Source: Chrysomallon squamiferum (taxonomy: Eukaryota > Animalia > Mollusca). Taken from it: a stretch of DNA of 64,000 bases. Within the stretch, counting starts at the first letter, position 1. Every line of letters begins with the position of its first letter. The DNA lies in contig CM022676.1 of the NCBI GenBank assembly GCA_012295275.1, positions 2,232,001 through 2,296,000 of the forward strand, given 5' to 3'. The position numbers were made by a program, and so were the translations under genes. This document shows positions 37,168 to 51,486 of the stretch, piece after piece. The notes beneath the pieces were generated by a model that did not search any database, had not been told where the DNA came from, and was given only the letters and a program-made list of their open reading frames with translations.

Positions 37168-40069
37168 TTAATTGTTGATTATTTTCTCGTAAACATTTTG
37201 TTCTGTCGTGACTGGAACAGGATGATCATATTCGTTCCATTGTATTCCGTTGTCATATCCCGTGACATCATCTGACCTACTCTGCTGCAGTGTTTCATCA
37301 CGTGATCTGTCTGTACTGTTGTGTCTTGGTTCTAGATTTATATAATTTGTTCTGTTTTCTGACTCATAATTGGTTGATCCGCTTCCGAGTTGGTTTTGTC
37401 CAGCTGACGCACGTACATTGTCTGAGTTTCTGCACTTTATACTGTGACGTCTAACTTAGCTGTAATATAAAGTAAACATTTAAAAAAAAAAAAAAAAAAA
37501 AAACATTCTTCAGAGTCGTATACGTTTTATTTAAACATATATATATATATATATATATGTATAGGTATACATAAAAATTGATAGATAGACAGACACATAG
37601 ATAGATAGATGTAATTACGTGAGATGTATGTATGTCTAAGTTATCTATATATGTGTGTATCTGTGCATATATATATCCATATATATATGTATTTGGATAT
37701 GTAAGGAAAAACACGAAGCGACAGACAGACATGTTGGTAGACTACTGTAGAGAGGAAAACACAGACAACACTGCTTCACCGTTTCACAGACTTACACGAC
37801 AAAGAAAACGCTGACTACGACGAGTAACACAGAAGAGACTACAGCAACGGCAGTTACAGCAGTTTTGTTACATTCACAATCGATTACATTTTCTTTTACA
37901 GTCGATGACTCAGCAATCTCTGTAGACTTTGTAGCTGGCTTGGGAGGCAACGTGAAAGATGTTCCTATAATTAATGATTATAAAACAAGTCAATACCATC
38001 CATGATTGCATCGAATATACTATCACAATATTTTACTGATAAAATTATTGTGGACATGTTTACACATACATTTCAAATCTAAACTTATATATATATATAA
38101 TCAGTTATTTTATTAGCAAGGTTGACATTCACTTCAAAATCTTAGCTTGAGTTTTGATCTCTAACGGAATCCAGGAAGTGTTTCGTTAACAAATATAACA
38201 GCTCACTTTTACTTATCATTCTCTTTTATCTAATTGTTACCATCTAATATACATGCGGTCTCGTCTATACATCTGTTGAGAAGTATTAGTGATTTTGTTT
38301 TCTCTGAATCCTACGTCAAAAATTCTTTCTTTACATCACGTTAAGGTCAGACATACGTTACACGTAACAATGGTTTGTTCATACTGCAATGATTTTCATT
38401 ATAAAACGAGTTAAAATGAACTCTTACTTTGAGTATTGATGGTAAAGTTTGCAGAATACAGCTCGTTGTTACCCACAATGCATCTAAACATTCGTGTGTT
38501 GTCACTGAGAGATACAGTGTGTGTTAAAACAGAACTTCCTCTGTTCTCACACCCAGATAGTCTAGGTGGGTCATCTTTGATTCTGTCTGTATATGAATAC
38601 GATATCCAGATCATGTCAGCAGCGTACTTCCACTGCCACGACCACGACTGTGCTGGGTTACCAACATTTCCATTACACCTGAACACTACAGTTTCACTGA
38701 TAACATAGGGGCTCAACTCCTTTCTTGGTGTAACGATCATTCCAACTTCACCTGGCTTTGCTGAAAAATAAAAACACGAAATAAATAAACACTGCTTTTT
38801 TCTGCAAATTAGTTCAATTATATATTTTTGAAGACAGATAGATAGATAGATGACATTTGTATTATATACAAATATACTTTTTTCGACTAATTTTGAAAAG
38901 TAATTGTTTGTGTTGAACATTTTCTTTCTCGGTTATTGACTCAGATACTTTTACACAAGTACAAATAACAGACGTAAAACAGATGAACATTTCACTTTAT
39001 CTGAAATGGCATCTTCACTTACTTTGTCTAGTAGTGTTCTATAATCAGTAATAAAAGAAGTGAATTCACCCAAATACGTCAACAACTAATATTATATAAA
39101 ACCAAATTCTATCTTCCTTTCGTTAGTAAAGTTATATAATCAACAACAACACAAATGAAATTCTCTAAATGCACGACAACTCATAAAAATAAATCATGTT
39201 TTCACTTACTTAGAATGGTGATGTTTTCAGAACTTTCAGAGAAGGCTGGACTACCATCAAGTGTGTAATAACCAATTCCACATAAATATTCTCCTGAATC
39301 ACTGCAAGTCATTCCTGTCAGTTGAATCTGGATAAAAGATCCTGATTTGTCATTGTTGTCAGACTTTCCTGTCACTGTCGCTCTAGATCGAAAGTTGTTT
39401 ACATCTTTTAAGACAGCTTTACCTCCATTCTTTAGAGTGACAGCAGAAGCTATCGTAACAGTAGTACTGGGATTGCTGAGAAGTCTTCTGCTCACTGATA
39501 CATGACGAAGTACATCAACCTGACTGATGATGTTACCAAGACTACATCTGACTGTGACAGGAACTCCTTCATAAACAGGACGTGGGCTGATTGTCAGTTG
39601 TGCGGCTTCACCTGTCAGTAAACATGAACAAAGAAATAACTCAAAAATGTAGTAAACGTTTTCAATGTCAATCTTATATATTTCTTAATCTGCATAATAC
39701 GTTTATTACGTAACCGAGTAGAAAACATTTAATTTTAATTTAAAGAGTTTCCTTCCATATTTCAAATATTTCAAATATTTCATCACATAATGTACCGAAA
39801 TTGAAGAATTATTTGAAGTTAAATGCATAGAATAAAAGATTAGTAATGTATTTAAATAAATTTAAAGCACTAAATTTGAAAGAAAACAAATTGAAACAAT
39901 AATATTCTCAAGAGATTATTTAAAATGCTATAGATTGATAATAAAATAAAATCATTAGTCGAAATAAACTGTAAATAAACACGTAGTATTTAAGACGAAA
40001 GTATAATTGACGGGAGTAACATGATTATATTTTCAAACACGCCGATACACTCAGACAGATAGAGATGAG

Positions 40070-40103
<34 letters not shown>

Positions 40104-40716
40104 GAGAGAGACACAGCCATGCACACAATACAAATAGATTTCATTTATATTTCAAAAATAAATTATATAATGTAACGGTCTGAATGTTGGTATAAATATA
40201 CTGCAATATCAGTCAGATAACCTGAAGCAGATACATTGTGATAAAGATAATCAGCTACAAATATAAAACTACCACTCGAGAACTATAAATATATGACACT
40301 CAACACTAAACTTATCCAAACTAAAAATCACTTGTAAAACCTGTTTATAAAAGACTTCCTGGTCTAGTCAATAGGTCTGTGACATACAACAGTAACAGTC
40401 AATGTTAAAATATAGAGAGACAAACCCAGACACCCAAACACACACACAAACACACAACACACACACAGACATGCACACGCGTGTATATGATATACATTAT
40501 ATGTACATTACATACAATCAATTAGATAAAATAGAATGATAAATAAAATTAATTTGTTAAACGCATTAATGAAAAAAGTCAATTCGTGTATTTCTCGATA
40601 GATCAAAACTGAAGACTTGTATTTAGAGATAAACAGAAAGAACAAATAAAGTAAAACCTACCAGTTGAAGTCAATGTTAAACTTGTTAATAAAACAAAAG
40701 TGGTTACTGTGGACAT
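37168..40716 (-). CDS. Ig-receptor copy A (V-like plus C2/I-like, CxC stalk, TM); exons 40716-40662, 39611-39210, 38760-38428, 37964-37796, then either 37459-37456 (immediate stop, 320 aa) or 37450-37168 (Tyr-rich tail, 413 aa)
   Basis: Leader MSTVTTFVLLTSLTLTST|GEA. V domain VTVRC...DSGEYLC. Ig2 FRCNGNVGNP...WSWQW...DNTRMFRC. TM AVTAVAVVSSVLLVVVSVFFVV. All junctions GT-AG with phases 1,1,1,2. Confidence 0.85.
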
Positions 40717-40800
40717 GGTTAAACAATCTAAGAACAACGTAAATGGAGAAATGTAACAGCGAGCTACTCCCTAGTTACTTTGTACAGGTTGTAAATTATG

Positions 40801-40812
40801 GGTCACGTGACC
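40801..40812. promoter_or_regulatory. Palindromic E-box GGTCACGTGACC (USF/MiT-TFE CLEAR-type) about 85 bp upstream of the copy A ATG
   Basis: Perfect 12-bp palindrome. The homologous site at 42879-42890 is GGTCATGTGACC, and CACGTGAC occurs at 29179 upstream of the + strand paralogue. Confidence 0.5.
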
Positions 40813-42146
40813 AGTGAGATACAGAAACAACACCCTCTGTGACTGTTGTCTCCCCTCTTCTACCGAAAATTTCACAAATTAAATCGGCTATTTAACCGTG
40901 GGTTAGCTTTAAAACATTAATTAATCTTGATAAACTGTTGAATGGTGCGGACATTCTGACATATTTGTTAGATACACAACAGGAGACGAATTTGTCTTAT
41001 TTTAAACAGAGGCCGCTACTAACACTCTGGATGAAAGCAGATACAAAACAACATGAAAATGAAAGAGAGAAGAGAACCAAGGGAAAGAAAGAAGAAAGTT
41101 AAAGCAAGAAGAAACAGAAAAGAGATTATTTTTTATATGTATCACTTATTAATGTTTTAAAAATATTATAACTAATAACTGTTGTCCACTGTAAAACAAT
41201 TTCAAATCTCAACATAAATATCAATGTCCTATCCCTAGTTCAAATTTCACACTAAGACACACATTCCAAAAAAACCAACATCACACGGAATTTGTAATTT
41301 TGCTAGTTTGTTTTTTAAAAAAGCAAACAAGAATTGAAAATCTTTAAAATGATGATCATAATATGATCAATATTTTAAAAGATCTTCAGAGTAACGTTAT
41401 GTTAATTCAATTATTAATTAAAAATTAATGAATTAATGAAACGGAACAGAAACTATGTAAAATAATTCATTAAATAAAAAAAACTCACATAAAAGAACGA
41501 TCAGAGCGTCTCATCAGTAAGGGAAATAAAAAAAAAAAGCTTTTATAACTTTTTCTTTGTTTCTGTATTTCTTTCTTTCTTTCTTTATTTCTTTCTTTCT
41601 TTCTTTCTTTCTTTATTTATTTTACTTAAATAGGACGTGGGCTGATTGTTAGCTGTAAAGAAACATGTTTAAACAAATTACTTCAAAATCTAATAAACAT
41701 GCTTTTCATTATCATTATTTATATTTTAAACATATTCATTAATTAACTATTCATTATCCGACTAGGAAATAATTAAAATTGTCCACGTTAACTTACTCAT
41801 TACTGTTCATATATCAAATATTTCTGACCTTAAGATGATGTAAAGAAATAATTTTTGACGTAGGATTCAGTGAAAACAAAATCACTAATACTTCTCAACA
41901 AATGTATAGACGAGACCGCATGTATATTAGATGGTAACAATTAGATAAAAGAGAATGATAAGTAAAACTGAGCTGTTACATTTGTTTATGAAACACTTCC
42001 TGAATTCCAATATAGATAAAAACTCAATCCTAGATTTTGAAGTCAATGTCAAACTTGTTAAAATAACAGATTATTGTGGACATGTTTACACATACATTTC
42101 AAATCTAAACTACATATATATATATATTACACTTTGCGTCATGTAG

Positions 42147-42252
<106 letters not shown>

Positions 42253-42739
42253 ACAATCTCTGTTTATACATACATTACATATGTACACATACAATGCACA
42301 TCATGTAGATAACATCCCATGTATATTACACAGATATATTTTGATAAAGACACTCAGCTATAAATATATAACAACCACGCGAGAACTATAAAAATAAGAC
42401 CACCCAACAGTGAACTGACAAAAAATTAAAATCACTTGTAAAACCTCTTTATATAATACTTCCTTGTCTAGTCGACATACACACACACACGCACGCACAT
42501 GAATATATATTGCAACATCAGTCAGATAACATCGCATGTACTCCGATAAAAATACTCAGCTAGAATGACATCACAAACATCGCGAACTATAAATATAAGA
42601 CACCCAACACTAACAGATAAAAAAGAAATCAGTTCAAAAACCTATTTATAAAATACTTCATCGTCTCATCGACATGTCTGTGAAACACAAGTGTTATAGT
42701 TATTTAGACATAAACAAATACAAATAAAGTAAAACTCAC

Positions 42740-42794
42740 CAGTTGAAGTTAGTGTTAAACTTGTTAATAAAATGACAGCGATTACTGTGGACAT
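42740..42794 (-). CDS. Second intact leader exon (MSTVIAVILLTSLTLTST g|gtgagt) with its own duplicated promoter (about 42795-43270); likely an alternative first exon for copy A
   Basis: 55 nt, phase 1, homologous to 40716-40662. Its own V exon survives only as a 24-bp relic at about 41632-41655. Confidence 0.72.
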
Positions 42795-43592
42795 GGTTAA
42801 ACAATCTAAGAACAACGGGAAAGAAGACGTGTAACAGCGAGCTAGATCCTGGTTGCTTTATACCGGATGTAAATTACGGGTCATGTGACCGGTGACATAA
42901 AGAAACTATACCCTCTGTGATTGTTGTCTCCCCTAGTCTAATGTAAAATCTAACAAATAAAATCTGCGATTAAAGCACTGACTTAGTTTTTTTAACTGTA
43001 AATAATCTTTATAAACTGTTGAATGGTCTGCACATATCGAGACAGTTGTTGCACACTCAACAGGAGATGTTATTGTTTTATTTTAAATACAAGGCGCTAG
43101 TCAAGCACTGGAAGAAAGCAGATACGAAATAACATGAAAATGAAAGAGAGAATACACAAATGGAAGGGGAGAAGAAAGTATAAGAAAGGAGAAAGAGAAG
43201 AAAACAGAATTTAGAACATATAATCTATTTATGCTTTATAAATATTATAAATAATTACTTTTGTCCACTGTTAAAGATTTTCCTGTCTAATTATAAATAA
43301 CTATCTCACAATCCTTTGTAAAACATTTCACATTTAAATAGACTTTAAGATTAAATTTATTAAATGACAATAACAATGAAAATAATAATAATGATAATAA
43401 TTGTTTTATATTTATAGCTGAGTATCTTTATCAAGTATCTGTGTCAGGTACATGCGATGTTGTCTGCTTGTTGTTGCAGAATACTGATACACAAATTCAG
43501 ACGGTTACATTATATAATGTATTTTTGAAGTATATCTGAAATCTATTAGTATTGTTTGCATAGCTGTTATCAGTATGTGTGTGTGTGTGTGT

Positions 43593-43691
<99 letters not shown>

Positions 43692-44123
43692 TCTGTCATC
43701 GTTTCCGCTTTAAACAAGAAATTAAAACAAAGTGATAAATATTGTTTGAGAAAAAACAAGCAGTAACTACACTAATACAGATGACACATACACGAATCAA
43801 TACACATATAAAATGAATATCCTTCTTAATATTAACTATAAAATAAAACAATACCCATACAATGTAAAATGCTTGTTAATATTAATTATACTACGAATAT
43901 AAAATACCAAACAATACATATATAAAATAAATCTGCTTGTTAATATTGATTTTGTTCTGGTATCTATCACCTGATATGTCTATATTATCAAATATTAGTT
44001 CTTGATTTACGTAATTATTCAATTTTCTGGTTGATACTTGGTTGATCCGTTTACGATTTCGCTTTGTTCACTTGATTCGGGTTCTTTGTTTCTACTCTCA
44101 GACCTCCTTCCGTGTCGTTTCAT

Positions 44124-44286
44124 TTAGCTAAAATATAACATAATAGTTTATAAGTAACACACTTAATAGACCAATGAAATATATACTCTATTTTATATGT
44201 TTCTACCTATGTGTGTAAGTATGTATGAATATAAGTATTCATATATGTATGTACGTATGTATGTATATATGTATGTATGTATCCAT

Positions 44287-44327
<41 letters not shown>

Positions 44328-44479
44328 GCATATATCTGTGTATACAGTTGTGTGTATACGTACGTATGCATTTACGTCTATGTGGATCTATCGATATATG
44401 AAAGATGAGCATAGATGCGAATATATGCATAACGTATATGAATGGGTATTGGTCAGTGTCGTAGGTGTGTGTTTGTGTG

Positions 44480-44557
<78 letters not shown>

Positions 44558-44703
44558 TGTGTAAGCATATATCTGTGTATACAGTTGTGTGTATACGTAC
44601 GTATGGATTTACGTCTATTTGGATCTATCGATATATGAAAGATGAGCATAGATGCAAATATATGCATAACATATATGAGTGGGTACTGGTCAGTGGCGTA
44701 GGT

Positions 44704-44749
<46 letters not shown>

Positions 44750-46348
44750 CTGTGTGTGTTATGGATGTTATAATATGGAAGTTTCCAGCTCTATTATTAA
44801 AATCGATACGTTTGCTAACACAATTAGATTTTGGTCAGAGAGTCAAGGGTTAGAAAAAGAAAAAAAGGAAATACAAAATAAGTATTTCAAAGTGTTCTAT
44901 TTGATTGATTAAAATTGTTGTCACGTTGTCCTCCACAGGTAATATAGATATAGGAAATAATTCCAAAAATCAGTGAGAATTTGAAATCAGGAAACTATAT
45001 CCTGAATGATAATAAAGCGTTTTCAAACAAAAGAAGAACTAAATTCTAAAACAACCAAAAATGTTTAATACACGAAAATTATAATTTTAGCGAAAAATAT
45101 ATATATATATTAGACCTAACTAATGCAAGAGAAGTAACAGACTATTTTATTGAAAAACAAACTCATCAGATGATTTTTCATTTTCAGTTAATAAAACAAA
45201 GACTGTTCAATGAGTTTTCTGAGGTACAACTCTGCAGCTAAAAATACATTTTCAGATTCTTCACTTGTAAGCTTAATTGAAAGTAATGCATTACAGAGCT
45301 TGTCTAGATTTTCTGTTCTTTATAAAGATACTTCCAAGGTCTTATATTCCATGTTGACATCAAAAGTTACAGAAGATTCTTTTCTCAGAGGAATCGTCTC
45401 TAACTGTTCTGTTTCTGGCAAACATTCATCATTTTACGTTTTATATACTTCTATTCTGGTTGAACCTTTATAGCAGCCAGATTCTTATTGGTTTACACGT
45501 TGTTTTTCATGCTGATACAACTGTACACTATTTTCAGTGTCTGTCTGCAGTTTTGTTGAGTAAATCTTTAGAAGGAGATGAAAAAAAGCTCATGATCCTG
45601 ATTTTTCAAAGTTCCAGCGTCATGAAGATATTTAAGTAAGCCTACAATCTCTATTTCTCTTCTTGAGGAATAATAAATACTCAGGCTTTCTTTCAGTAAA
45701 TTTGCTAGTGGGGATATTCCTCTGTGAAGTGTTTTTTAATTCTCATAAACTATAGGATTACTTAAGAGAGAAGACTGCAATACAGATATATAGTAACACA
45801 ATTACAGCGCTCATCCGGATCACTCAGGGGTTTGTTCACAATAGATTAACGTTGGCTGGACGAGAGATTCAAATGGTGCCGGTTTTCTTAGAGAAGTTGT
45901 TTGAAGGGTCGTGAAAAAGCAACCAGACAGAGCTCAGTGAAGGAAGATATGTAGGACAGACACACAGACAGAGAGTAAGTAGACTTACACGAAGATGACC
46001 ACGCCGACTACCACGAGTAGCATGGAACAGACTGAGTGAACAGCAGCTACGGCATCTGTGGGCTTGGAAATAGGCGGTTCACCTAATTCAGTAATACATG
46101 ATAATGAGGCAAGTCAACATATTCAATTATTAGACACAATATGTGACAATAAAAAAAAGATGTACGTTGAATTTCGTGGCGAATGTTAAAATATTCATGT
46201 TTATTGTTAAAATTGTTTCAGCTAAATTGCAGAAATATTGGTTTCCTTTTGTTATTTTCATGGTATTTTTTAAAGTACTTTTATTTAATTATAGTGATAG
46301 ATAGATTACATAGATAAAAACACTGATAAATAGACACAGACGTATATA

Positions 46349-46384
<36 letters not shown>

Positions 46385-47531
46385 GCATATATTGATAGAT
46401 AGATATACGGATGGATGGATGGAGAGACACACAAAAAGACAGAAGATAAAAGTCTGTATTATAACGAATCTTATGTCATAATCAAATAAATTAAACACTC
46501 ATGACAATTTCAGTTTCAGTGGTATTTATAAATGATTAAGCCAATCTCTTACCTCATCAGCATGAAATAAGTTAAATTTAAAATAAAATATTCAAATGTG
46601 TATTAATGCATAACAGCGACAGAAATGCTGTTATTAGAAATAGCTTCAACACATACGATTAGTGTCAACTGTTATATATTAATTGTTATATGTAAAATAT
46701 ACTAAATGTGCTCACCCGAAACAAAAATCAAAGTCTCCTTGTTACAAAGAAAATTAAACTTACTTTAATGTATCACAATTTGATCGACTCAGTATCTGTT
46801 TCACAATATAAATGACGTTGTTCCTTTACCACAATAAAATAACACTAAATATAAAATATACTGAATGTGCTGACGCGAAACAGAAATCAAAGTGTTGTTG
46901 TTACAAACAAAATTAAACTTTCTTGAATTTCAGTGGTAACATCTACGTGTATGAGTACTGAAACTAAAATCAAGTTTATCAGTTACGTAATCCAGAGTTC
47001 TACAACAAATGGCAAAACATACAGATTAACAAGTTGAAACTGGAAATAACAACGTTATAGTCGCTGCTATTTTCTACCATTAAATCATTTCAATTCAGTT
47101 GCCTTCTTAAAACAATGTTGTTATACGTTACACATAACAATGGTTTCTTCCATACACCAATGATTTTCATTCTAAAACCAATCAAAATGAAATCTTACTT
47201 TCAGTATTGATGGTAAAGTTTCCAGAATAGAGCTCGATATTACCCACAATGCATCTGAACATTCGTGTGTTGTCACTGAGAGATACAGTGTGATTTAAAA
47301 CAGAACTTCCTCTGTTCTCACACCCAGATAGTGTAGGTGGGTCATCTTTGATTCTGTCTGTGTATGGATACGACATCCACATCATGTCACCAGCGTACTT
47401 CCACTGCCACGACCACGACTGTGCTGGGTTACCAACATTTCCATTACACCTGAACTCTACAGTTTCACTGATAACATAGGAGTTGAACTCCTTTCTTGGT
47501 GTAACGATTATTTCAATTTCACCTGGCTTTA
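44124..47531 (-). CDS. Ig-receptor copy C (5' end lost in or beyond the gap): Ig2 exon 47531-47199, TM exon 46082-45989, last exon from 44127 with immediate TAA
   Basis: The Ig2 exon has the same 333-nt length as in copy A and is highly similar. TM SEPPISKPTDAVAAVHSVCSMLLVVVGVVIFV. The tail acceptor reads ttttag|c TAA atg aaa cga cac. Confidence 0.7.
44285..44750. repeat. Two tandem copies of a unit of about 240 bp containing (GT)n
   Basis: aagcatatatctgtgtatacagttgtgtgtatacgtacgtatg...gatgagcatagatgc recurs at about 44326 and 44563. Confidence 0.9.
45150..45800 (-). mobile_element. Decayed hAT (hobo/Hermes-like) transposase fragment in the last intron of copy C
   Basis: The minus strand translates RTENLDKLCNALLSIKLTSEESENVFLAAELYLRKL (compare the hAT dimerisation motif LLxIxPTSVESERxFSAAG) and, upstream, RRNRD/IVGLLKYLHD. 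Multiple stops and frameshifts. Confidence 0.7.
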
Positions 47532-47798
47532 CTGAAACAGATAAAAACACGAAGTAAATAAACACTGTGATTTTCTGTAACTTAGTTCAATTATAACGTT
47601 ATATATATATATATATAAACGCGTCATTATATTCATTATCCGACTGTAAATTAAATCAAATTTTGCATTTTAATTCAGTCATTACTGTTCATATTTCAAA
47701 TATTTCTGAACTTAAGTAATAAAAAACAGTAATTTTTGACGTATGATTTAAAGAAAACAAGATTACTAATACTTTTCAATAAATATTTACCAGAGCGA

Positions 47799-47998
47799 NN
47801 NNNNNNNNNNNNNNNNNNNNNNNNNNNNNNNNNNNNNNNNNNNNNNNNNNNNNNNNNNNNNNNNNNNNNNNNNNNNNNNNNNNNNNNNNNNNNNNNNNNN
47901 NNNNNNNNNNNNNNNNNNNNNNNNNNNNNNNNNNNNNNNNNNNNNNNNNNNNNNNNNNNNNNNNNNNNNNNNNNNNNNNNNNNNNNNNNNNNNNNNNN
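47799..47998. other. Assembly gap (200 N)
   Basis: Run of N. The round length suggests a scaffolding placeholder. Confidence 0.99.
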
Positions 47999-49681
47999 TA
48001 ATCAAAATTCAATTAATTAAAAATTGCCAGAAAATTTAAAAACAAATACATTTCAGAATATTAATGAATACAAAATGAAATAATAAATACTGATATTATA
48101 AAAACGATTCCATCAAATGACACAAAACATTATTTTATTTACTGATTTTTTAATTATAACAACAATAAGCAAAGTAGACACGATATATAAGAAATAAGTA
48201 AGTAAACAAATAAAGAACGACTTTGAAAGTTTAAAACGATCGAATGCTTAGTGAGTACATCTCACCCAAGGGACCTTACTCTAATCGATATCATTTTTTC
48301 TTTGCTTTGTTTATATATATACAGACAGACAGACACACCCACACACACACACTTACACAGAGAAAAGCCTCTGGTACTGAATGATTATATAATTGTAAAA
48401 GAAAAAAAATTCAATTCATTAAAAATTGCCAGAAAATTTAAAAACAAATAAATTTCAGAATATTAATAAATACAAAATGAAATAATAAATACTGATATTA
48501 TAAAAACGATTCCATCAAATGACACAAACAATTATTTTATTTACTATTTTTTAATTATAACAACAATAAGCAAAGTAGACAGGATAGAGTAAATAAATAA
48601 GCAAACAATAAAGAACCACTTTAAAACTTTAAAATGATCGAAGAATTACTGAGTACATCTCACCCAAGGGACCTCACTCTAATCGAGATTGTTTTTTCTT
48701 TCTTTTTTTTTATATATATATATATATATACAGACAGACAGAAACACTCACAGACAGACACACACACACACACACACACTTACACATAGAAAAACCTCTG
48801 GTACTGAATGCATATACAATTGTAAAATAATCAAAATTCAATTAATTAAAAATTGCCAGAAAATTTAAAAACAAATAAATTTCAGAATATTAATGAATAC
48901 AAAATGAAATAATAAATACTGATATTATAAAAACGATTCCATCAAATGACACAAAACATTATTTTATTTACTGATTTTTTAATTATAACAACAATAAGCA
49001 AAGTAGACAGGATATATAAGAAATAAGTAAGTAAACAAATAAAGAACGACTTTGAAAGTTTAAAACGATCGAAGGCTTAGTGAGTACATCTCACCTGTTG
49101 GACCTCACTCTAATATATGTTTGTGAACACTTATCACTAAAGGGAGATAAGTCTAATCGACATAATTTTTACTTCGCTTAGTGAATACATCTCACGTAAG
49201 GGACCTAACTCTAATCGATATCATTTTTTCTTTGCTTTGTTTATATATATATACAGACAGACAGACACACACACACACACACACACACTTACACAGAGAA
49301 AAGCCTATGGTACTGAATGATTATAGAATTGTAAAAGAAACAAAATTCAATTAATTAAAAATTGCCAGAAAATTTAAAAACAAATAAATTTCAGAATATT
49401 AATGAATACAAAATGAAATAATAAATACTGATATTATAAAAACGATTCCATCAAATGACACAAAACATTATTTTATTTACTGATTTTTTAGTTATAACAA
49501 CAATAAGCAAAGTGGACAGGATAGAGTAAATAAATAAGCAAACAATAAAGAACCACTTTAAAACTTTAAAATGATCGAAGAATTACTGAGTACATCTCAC
49601 CCAAGGGACCTCACTCTAATCGATATTATTTTTTCTTTGCTTGTTTATATATATATATATATACAGACAGACAGACACACA

Positions 49682-49723
<42 letters not shown>

Positions 49724-50103
49724 TAGAAAAACCTCTGGTACTGAATGCATATACAATTGTAAAATAATCAAAATTCAATTAATTAAAAATTGCCAGAAAA
49801 TTTAAAAACAAATAAATTTCAGAATATTAATGAATACAAAATGAAATAATAAATACTGATATTATAAAACGATTCCATCAAATGACACAAAACATTATTT
49901 TATTTACTGATTTTTTAGTTATAACAACAATAAGCAAAGTAGACAGGATAGAGTAAATAAATAAGCAAACAATAAAGAACCACTTTAAAACTTTAAAATG
50001 ATCGAAGAATTACTGAGTACATCTCACCCAAGGGACCTCACTCTAATCGATATTATTTTTTTTCTTTTTTTTATTTATATATATATATATAGACAGACAG
50101 ACA

Positions 50104-50151
<48 letters not shown>

Positions 50152-50565
50152 TAGAAAAACCTCTGGTACTGAATGCATATACAATTGTAAAATAATCAAA
50201 ATTCAATTAATTAAAAATTGCCAGAAAATTTAAAAACAAATAAATTTCAGAATATTAATGAATACAAAATGAAATAATAAATACTGATATTATAAAAACG
50301 ATTCCATCAAATGACACAAAACATTATTTTATTTACTGATTTTTTAATTATAACAACAATAAGCAAAGTAGACAGGATAGAGTAAATAAATAAGCAAACA
50401 ATAAAGAACCACTTTAAAACTTTAAAATGATCGAAGAAGAATTAGTGAGTACATCTCACCCAAGGGACCTCACTAATAATAATCGATATTATTTTTTCTA
50501 ATTTTTTTTTTTATATTTATATATATATATATATACAGACAGACAGACACACAGACACACACACA

Positions 50566-50598
<33 letters not shown>

Positions 50599-50981
50599 CA
50601 CATAGAAAAACCTCTGGTACTGAATGCATATACAATTGTAAAATAATCAAAATTCAATTAATTAAAAATTGCCAGAAAATTTAAAAACAAATAAATTTCA
50701 GAATATTAATGAATACAAAATGAAATAATAAATACTGATATTATAAAAACGATTCCATCAAATGACACAAAACATTATTTTATTTACTGATTTTTTAGTT
50801 ATAACAACAATAAGCAAAGTGGACAGGATAGAGTAAATAAATAAGCAAACAATAAAGAACCACTTTAAAACTTTAAAATGATCGAAGAATTACTGAGTAC
50901 ATCTCACCCAAGGGACCTCACTCTAATCGATATTTTTTTTTCTTTTTTTTTTATATATATATATATATATACAGACAGACA

Positions 50982-51045
<64 letters not shown>

Positions 51046-51426
51046 AAAACCTCTGGTACTGAATGCATATACAATTGTAAAATAATCAAAATTCAATTAA
51101 TTAAAAATTGCCAGAAAATTTAAAAACAAATAAATTTCAGAATATTAATGAATACAAAATGAAATAATAAATACTGATATTATAAAAACGATTCCATCAA
51201 ATGACACAAAACATTATTTTATTTACTGATTTTTTAGTTATAACAACAATAAGCAAAGTGGACAGGATAGAGTAAATAAATAAGCAAACAATAAAGAACC
51301 ACTTTAAAACTTTAAAATGATCGAAGAATTACTGAGTACATCTCACCCAAGGGACCTCACTCTAATCGATATTATTTTTTCTTTGCTTTTTTTATATATA
51401 TATATATATATATATACAGACAGACA

Positions 51427-51486
<60 letters not shown>

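Noticed and set aside
47782-47798. 17-bp match (aatatttaccagagcga) to the lectin exon-3 donor region at 27561
   Set aside because: The surrounding sequence aligns with receptor intron DNA at about 41880-41920, so this is probably chance. It abuts the gap and cannot be extended.
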